A DNA stretch of 13,706 bases from assembly GCA_964388035.1 (NCBI GenBank), contig CAYLZE010000126.1:1-13706 (forward strand), written 5' to 3'. A program made the translations under genes and the position numbers. The notes beneath the pieces were generated by a model that saw nothing but the letters and a program-made list of their open reading frames with translations, ran no database searches and was not told the origin of the DNA. This DNA is from an uncultured archaeon. Lineage in GTDB: Archaea; Asgardarchaeota; Lokiarchaeia; Sigyniarchaeales; SOKP01. Below, piece after piece: positions 8,588 to 13,706 of this stretch. Numbering within the stretch: the first letter of the stretch is position 1; the number at the start of each line of letters is the position of its first letter.

Positions 8588-8867
8588 ATTCAACAAATGC
8601 AAACCAATTTTAAAAAATATTTGTATATCGTACCTTATCTTTTAAAGAGATCCATGGGAATGAGACCACTGATGGGATTCATATTAAGATATTCTGAAAA
8701 AACGAAGTTTAAATGGATCAATTCTAATCATTTTAAATAAGCATTTTAGAAAATCAACTATAAAATATAAATATCATAATCATTATATTAAAACACATAT
8801 GCATCCAAACTTATTTAATTTTTAAATGAATGCATTTATATTAATGAATTATATTGAGCAAGATGAA

Positions 8868-8873
8868 AGGTGA
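8868..8873 (+). promoter_or_regulatory. Shine-Dalgarno-like site
   Basis: AGGTGA 7 nt upstream of ATG 8881; matches the archaeal GGTGA consensus. Confidence 0.6.
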
Positions 8874-8880
8874 TAAATAG

Positions 8881-10134
8881 ATGATTCAAGGTATTTTTGC
8901 TTTTCAATTTTCCTTAAATCAAACGGACACGGGAGAAATTGAGCCTGAATTCAAGCCAATTGAATTAGTATTCAGCGAGGAAAATAAAAATGAAGCTAAT
9001 TATCTGAATTTAATTCATGAAAATGATATTTTTGCTATTTTTTATAATCATACCACCGGAATTCAAAGAGGTAAAGAAAAGCTTAGGAATTTTTATACGG
9101 GACGATTAAAAGAAACTCCCTTTCAAGTAATATCCTATTACAAGCAAGAAGAAAAGGGAATGCAAATTCTAACTATTTCTATTTTTAAATTGACTGACGA
9201 ATTAGGAATATTCGAAGAATTGATTCATAAAATGGCAACAAGATTAGATCCTCTCTATGGTTCCTTAGAAAAAGCCATACACGCTAACCAAGTTTCAATT
9301 TTATCAAATATAAGGGCAAATCTGAGGAATGAATTGGAATTCACTTTATTCCAAGTCACGCGATTATCCAATTTAGACAAGCTCCAAAAAGCTGCCTCTA
9401 TATTTAATAGTTTGGAAAGACTGGAAATATTAAAGATTTTAAGACAGCATCCCATTTCCAAGACAGAATTGAGGGAAATTCTTGAAAGCATGAAACAGAA
9501 TGTCAATATAGAAATTTTGCTCGAACCTTTTTTAGAATTAAATTTGATACGCCGGGATTGGATCGAAGGGAAACGAGATAAAAAGACGGGTATAAACATA
9601 AATCAGGGTGAGTATTTATTCTTAGTTAAAGATATTTTTTTAGCACGAGTCCCTAATTTAAAGTTATTAGAACATCTCAAAGAAGTGAGAACGGATTTAT
9701 ATGATGAATTAGAAAAACGCATGCAGAATTTTTTTAAAGATTATGATCCTAATAAGCAATCTTTGGAAGAAACCCATAGATTAGCATCTTTTCTCTTGGA
9801 TCCTGATATTTATGATAATATCGCTTTAATGAGAAGTAAATTTTACCCGAGAGATAAAATTCCGAATATATTTTCCGAATTTGCAAACACAGAAGCAATC
9901 TTAACGCAATTAAAGGAGATGGACGTAATTACGGAAATCCGAGACAATAAAGGACGAGAATGGTTATTTTTAATGTGTGATTTAAAGCCTCTAATTATCT
10001 TTCCAGAATACCTTTTACCGCGAATAAGAGAAGCTTACCAGGGAGATAGCAAGGAAGAAGGAATAACCTATGAAATTGCTAAAAAAGCATATGACCTTTT
10101 AGAGGCCACATATAACGACCAAGTTGAATTTTAA
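8881..10134 (+). CDS. Asgard-type protein: N-terminal longin/uDENN-like domain plus two tandem winged-helix-like repeats
   Basis: aa 1-160 follow a beta-beta-alpha-beta-beta-beta-alpha-alpha pattern (QGIFAFQF / FKPIELVF / DIFAIFYNH / NFYTGRL / FQVISYY / ILTISIF / IFEELIHKMATRL / LRNELEFTLFQV). An internal repeat at aa ~168-262 and ~298-380 ends in EYLFLVKD and EWLFLMCD. The CDS is certain; the fold is inferred. Confidence 0.75.
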   Translation: MIQGIFAFQFSLNQTDTGEIEPEFKPIELVFSEENKNEANYLNLIHENDIFAIFYNHTTGIQRGKEKLRNFYTGRLKETPFQVISYYKQEEKGMQILTISIFKLTDELGIFEELIHKMATRLDPLYGSLEKAIHANQVSILSNIRANLRNELEFTLFQVTRLSNLDKLQKAASIFNSLERLEILKILRQHPISKTELREILESMKQNVNIEILLEPFLELNLIRRDWIEGKRDKKTGININQGEYLFLVKDIFLARVPNLKLLEHLKEVRTDLYDELEKRMQNFFKDYDPNKQSLEETHRLASFLLDPDIYDNIALMRSKFYPRDKIPNIFSEFANTEAILTQLKEMDVITEIRDNKGREWLFLMCDLKPLIIFPEYLLPRIREAYQGDSKEEGITYEIAKKAYDLLEATYNDQVEF

Positions 10135-10139
10135 TTAAC

Positions 10140-10150
10140 TTTTTTATTTT
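10140..10150 (+). terminator. Oligo-T terminator candidate
   Basis: TTTTTTATTTT shortly after the stop at 10134. Confidence 0.4.
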
Positions 10151-10196
10151 GTGAAATTTTTGTCGGTTTGACTTTAACTCTTTTTGTATTATTAGA

Positions 10197-11831
10197 TTAG
10201 TAAGAAAAAAGTAAATTTTTAAGAGTTTCAATCATAATCTGTATTTGATTAAATATTTTCATTTTTAAGTTCTCTCCAATCTGGAATATGAAGATTGAAA
10301 ATTCTCTCTCTTGCTCCTCTTGATCTATTTCTAATCGATTCAATAAATTGGAAAAAACCTCACTTGATGATGTCCTAAAGCCAATAGATACAACTTTATT
10401 CTTTTTCAATTTTTTAAAGATTGAATTTATTATTTCTCTCCATTCTTCCACGTTCTGGGATTCTCTAGCATCAAATATGCATAAAACCCCATCAGAATCT
10501 GATAATTTGAAAGATTCATAATCATTATTTTCTAAGGTTAAACCAAAAGGATATTGAACAACTTTTTTGTTTTTTTTATCCTTTACTTTGGCATCTTTCG
10601 TGATTGGAAATAACTCTGTAAGGAGTTGAAATCCAGGACTAAAGGATGGATCCTTATTAATAAAAGTCAAATTCAAAACATCTTTATCTTCGATGATAAG
10701 GTTGATATATTTCAATACTTCTTCTCTTAAGCGTTTTTTTTCAAGTTCCTTATATACTTCAATAAAATGATAAGAAATCAAACTAAAAGCTTCTTGTACA
10801 TTTTCTCCAGTTAATGCACTAGTAGTTATGAAAGATATTCTAGTCTTCGTTCCCTCTGGTAAGTGAGATAAATCAGAGTATGGTGTTAAATCTGACTTTT
10901 CGCTGAATAAGGCTAATTCAGATAAATCTTTTGCTAATTTTGCGCCTTCCTCAAAACTTATTTCTCTTTGACCTTCTAAATCTTTTTTATTTCCTACTAA
11001 AATGATTGGTAAATCCTTGTTATGAACAAATTCCATCAGTTCATTGTACCACTTGGTTACATTATCAAACGATTCTCTTTTTGTTAGGTCAAATACTATG
11101 AAAACAGCTTGTGCCCCGCTATAGTAGGTTTTTCTGAATCTTTTAAAATATTCTTGGGCACCAATATCCCATAGATTCACGCTAATTTTATTGTTAAAAG
11201 ATTCAAAAGTATGAGTTAAAACATTTAGACCAATGGTACTTCTATAATCTGCTTGAAATCTTTTCTCTACAAAACGACGGACTATGGATGTTTTCCCTAC
11301 TCTATGATCTCCGATTATAATAAATTTAAAATGAAAATCCCCCGGTATTTCCGCATCTCTTCGATATATTTGGCCTTTCAAATAATTCTCTACTTCCGCT
11401 TGAGAGGTTTGATAACTTAAGTTTGGGAGCGTTAATTGAACATCGTCTATTTTTTCTTCTAAAAGAATTTGTGCTGTTTTTTCGGCAAGTAGGTACGCAT
11501 AAGGTGCAATAGAATCAATAGAACCTAAAGCCAATACCACTAGACTTAGAGTCGTGTTTTCATCAATTGAGATGAACAGTAATCGATGATCCTCGGTATC
11601 AAAACTTGCGGTTCCAAATTTTTTGAACTCAAATTCATTACGTATTTTATCTAGGGTTGGATTGACGATAGCAGTCAAAAAAGAGACTAATTCCAAGTCA
11701 ATATCTTTTCTTTTTTCACCTGCGATGATCAGCCCTTCATCATCAGAAATTATTACTGCTTCCACATCGGAATTTATCTCTAAAAATCTTTTCAATAATT
11801 TAGAGAATAGTATGTTTTTATTGACTACCAC
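10197..11831 (-). CDS. Roadblock/LC7 (MglB-like) domain + Rab-like small GTPase + C-terminal degenerate GTPase-like domain
   Basis: GTG start. aa 7-125 roadblock (DVEAVIISDDEGLIIA). aa 166-360 Ras-superfamily G domain: G1 GDHRVGKT, G2 YRSTIG, G3 WDIGAQ, RabF-like RFRKTYYSGA and VFDLT, G4 NKKD, G5 TSAL. aa 385-540 contain SDGVLCIFDARESQNVEEW...VVSIG, echoing the G-domain core. No C-terminal Cys prenylation motif. Confidence 0.92.
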   Translation of the reverse strand: MVVNKNILFSKLLKRFLEINSDVEAVIISDDEGLIIAGEKRKDIDLELVSFLTAIVNPTLDKIRNEFEFKKFGTASFDTEDHRLLFISIDENTTLSLVVLALGSIDSIAPYAYLLAEKTAQILLEEKIDDVQLTLPNLSYQTSQAEVENYLKGQIYRRDAEIPGDFHFKFIIIGDHRVGKTSIVRRFVEKRFQADYRSTIGLNVLTHTFESFNNKISVNLWDIGAQEYFKRFRKTYYSGAQAVFIVFDLTKRESFDNVTKWYNELMEFVHNKDLPIILVGNKKDLEGQREISFEEGAKLAKDLSELALFSEKSDLTPYSDLSHLPEGTKTRISFITTSALTGENVQEAFSLISYHFIEVYKELEKKRLREEVLKYINLIIEDKDVLNLTFINKDPSFSPGFQLLTELFPITKDAKVKDKKNKKVVQYPFGLTLENNDYESFKLSDSDGVLCIFDARESQNVEEWREIINSIFKKLKKNKVVSIGFRTSSSEVFSNLLNRLEIDQEEQEREFSIFIFQIGENLKMKIFNQIQIMIETLKNLLFSY

Positions 11832-11927
11832 TATATAACCTTTTAAACGTATAGTTGAAAAATAAATAAAAAAAGATCCTAATATTGTTATTCATTTTAT
11901 TTTAAAAACTGTTAGAAATTTAATAGG

Positions 11928-11954
11928 AAAGAAAAAAAAACAAATAAAAGAAAA
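11928..11954 (-). terminator. Oligo-T terminator candidate for the surface-protein gene
   Basis: A9 at 11932-11940 within an A-rich tract, giving T-runs on the minus strand downstream of the stop at 11979. Confidence 0.45.
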
Positions 11955-11978
11955 TTATTTAGAATTTAATTTAAAGTC

Positions 11979-13706
11979 TTAACTATCTGGATTTTGGGTA
12001 TCATCAAGGAATACATTTGAATCAGTAGATGTATTTTCGGGTGATTGATTTATTTTTAATTCTTGTCTCTCGGGTGTAGTTTTTGTTAATTTGGATTTTG
12101 GTTTTAAGGTTTTTCCTAAAGGACCCAAGCTTTCTTCATATTTTTCACTCAGTAATGTTTCTCTTTTCCCAATTTGAACATCTGGAATTGATTTTCTTTT
12201 CAATGCTTTTTTGAATTTATGTAATTTTCTAATTGGTTTGGGATATTTCAGAACTCGTTGGTAAGCTACTAAATATGTTCCTAACGCGCCAACACCTCCA
12301 ATAGCTAACCCTAAAAAGATTTGAAATAGTAAAACGCTTTCTTGGGGGCTTTTAACGTTCAAAGTAATTTTAAGACGCCCAAAATCGTATTCATCGGCAG
12401 CATACACGGTTATTGTAAAGGTATAAACTCCATCAGGAATGTTTGTTTGAGTTACAAGAGTTTGATAAATTCCACTATTGTTAACCTCTGTGAGAGTACC
12501 TTGTCCTCTCTCCCAAGTATAATTCACTGTGGCACCGGATATGACTTTTTTAAAGTCTAAGTCTTTTAATTCAAGTGTTATGTTAAATGGATCCCCAGGG
12601 GTAATTGTACTGGTGGCATTCATATGGATTAAAGCAATTTCGGTTTGAATTCTCCTAACATTAATAGTTATTCTTATCGTCTGTGATAAATATCCATTTT
12701 TGGTTGCTAGAATGCTTAAAAACCTGGTCCCAATATCTAAAGTTCTGGAATTAATACCAATACTATATACGTCTGATTGAGTATCTTCTTCCAATAAATC
12801 ATCAATATCTTCTCCCGTTATATTAACTTGAGCATTAGAAATAAATGAACCTGAAGCTGTATCCTTATATTCAATTTCTATTGTGATGCCTTTTCCATAC
12901 GCCACATCTATTGAAGGTTTTGATGTTTTAACTTCTCCATTAAGGGATAAGATTAAAGAAGTCTCTCGATTCGTTACTTCCAACCGAAATATTACTGTGT
13001 GGGACTCATAATTGGTCTTTTCCGCTACTAATGTCAAGTAAAACACACCTACCCCAAGACTTGTTGTATCAATAATTTTATAATATCTCTGGCTTCCAAT
13101 TGGAGTTAATGTTTCAGAAACTCCTCCTCCTTGCACTTTGAGCGTTGCACCAGCAATGCGGACCTTATTTTCATCCCTATAATAAGCCGTGATATTTATG
13201 GTTTCTTGCCATTCTACACTAATAGATACATCCTCGACACCAGTCATATTGGTACTTCCCAGAAATAAGTCTAGGGTTGATGTTTTAGCAATAACTTCAA
13301 ATTGAATCGTAATTGTCTGTGGCTCATAATTAGCTCTTTGAGCCAAAATCGATAAGTAATTAATTCCCCAATTTAAATCAGATGAATTCAAAATGACTGA
13401 ATAATTATTCATTGAATTTGGTAAAAGATTATCTGAAAATCCTGCTCCCGTAATATTAACCGTCGCTTGAGAAATATAGGAATTTTGATCGTGATCAATG
13501 TAAGAAACAGTGATATTAAAAATATCTCCTGGTGTCATTGGAGGTGCTTCTACTATTATAACATCTTGTAAGTTTTGTTCCGTTCCATTAAGATATAATC
13601 TAATATCAGTTTGTGTTTGAACAATTTCTATAGTTATGAGTATCGATTGCGGTAAGCAAGTGTTATTCACAGCATAAATATTGAAAAAGTTAACACCTTG
13701 GTTTAG
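11979..13706 (-). CDS. Partial CDS (5' end beyond the right edge): large single-pass cell-surface glycoprotein with Ig-like beta-sandwich repeats
   Basis: The frame stays open past the track's GTG 13670 to the edge (LNQGVNFFNIYAV..., the end of another repeat). Four complete ~105-aa beta-rich repeats, 13 NxS/T sequons counted in the visible ectodomain, one TM helix (track aa 446-470), and a basic cytoplasmic tail. Confidence 0.88.
   Translation of the reverse strand, partial: LNQGVNFFNIYAVNNTCLPQSILITIEIVQTQTDIRLYLNGTEQNLQDVIIVEAPPMTPGDIFNITVSYIDHDQNSYISQATVNITGAGFSDNLLPNSMNNYSVILNSSDLNWGINYLSILAQRANYEPQTITIQFEVIAKTSTLDLFLGSTNMTGVEDVSISVEWQETINITAYYRDENKVRIAGATLKVQGGGVSETLTPIGSQRYYKIIDTTSLGVGVFYLTLVAEKTNYESHTVIFRLEVTNRETSLILSLNGEVKTSKPSIDVAYGKGITIEIEYKDTASGSFISNAQVNITGEDIDDLLEEDTQSDVYSIGINSRTLDIGTRFLSILATKNGYLSQTIRITINVRRIQTEIALIHMNATSTITPGDPFNITLELKDLDFKKVISGATVNYTWERGQGTLTEVNNSGIYQTLVTQTNIPDGVYTFTITVYAADEYDFGRLKITLNVKSPQESVLLFQIFLGLAIGGVGALGTYLVAYQRVLKYPKPIRKLHKFKKALKRKSIPDVQIGKRETLLSEKYEESLGPLGKTLKPKSKLTKTTPERQELKINQSPENTSTDSNVFLDDTQNPDS
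12351..13616 (-). repeat. Four diverged ~105-aa protein-level tandem repeats
   Basis: Track aa ~19-127, 128-233, 234-339 and 340-440 share T-x-L-x-L-x-(LNG)...NIT-x-x-Y-x-D...I-x-x-A-x-V...Y...L-x-x-G...L-x-I-x-A...Y. They are not recognisable as near-identical DNA repeats. Confidence 0.8.

Noticed and set aside
8071-8880. CRISPR array, tRNA or ncRNA in the AT-rich intergenic stretches here and at 500-750 and 1145-1430
   Set aside because: No regularly spaced repeats, cloverleaf or GC-rich stems were found by eye.
10197-11831. Assigning a specific Rab or Rag gene symbol
   Set aside because: The motifs are Rab-like but there is no prenylation site, and the domain order differs from Rag. Orthology needs a phylogeny.
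9255-12560. Track ORFs 9255..9599 (-), 11623..11838 (+) and 12342..12560 (+)
   Set aside because: Antisense overlaps of well-supported genes.

Overview
AT-rich (roughly 30% GC, from spot counts) archaeal chromosomal segment. The gene content strongly suggests an Asgard archaeon of the Lokiarchaeia/Promethearchaeota type (inference from protein families, no marker gene present). Left to right: (1) the 5' part of a GC-rich (~51%) minus-strand gene that the ORF track missed, resembling the N-terminal domain of an expanded lokiarchaeal, often LRR-linked, family; (2) a lone, probably decayed PAS-domain gene; (3) a two-gene unit made of a small coiled-coil/winged-helix protein and a 712-aa AAA+/P-loop ATPase with a degenerate restriction-endonuclease-like domain; (4) a DUF3604-type PHP metallohydrolase converging on a GPH/MelB-family MFS symporter; (5) a small 2-TM protein; (6) a longin-fold plus tandem winged-helix protein converging on a Roadblock + Rab-like GTPase + pseudo-GTPase triple fusion; (7) the 3' part of a large single-pass surface glycoprotein with ~105-aa Ig-like repeats. 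The most interesting candidates are the Roadblock-Rab-pseudoGTPase/longin-wH pair, which resembles Rag/GATOR1 in domain content, and the wH + ATPase-nuclease-fold unit. No RNA genes, CRISPR arrays or transposases were seen. All domain calls are by eye.
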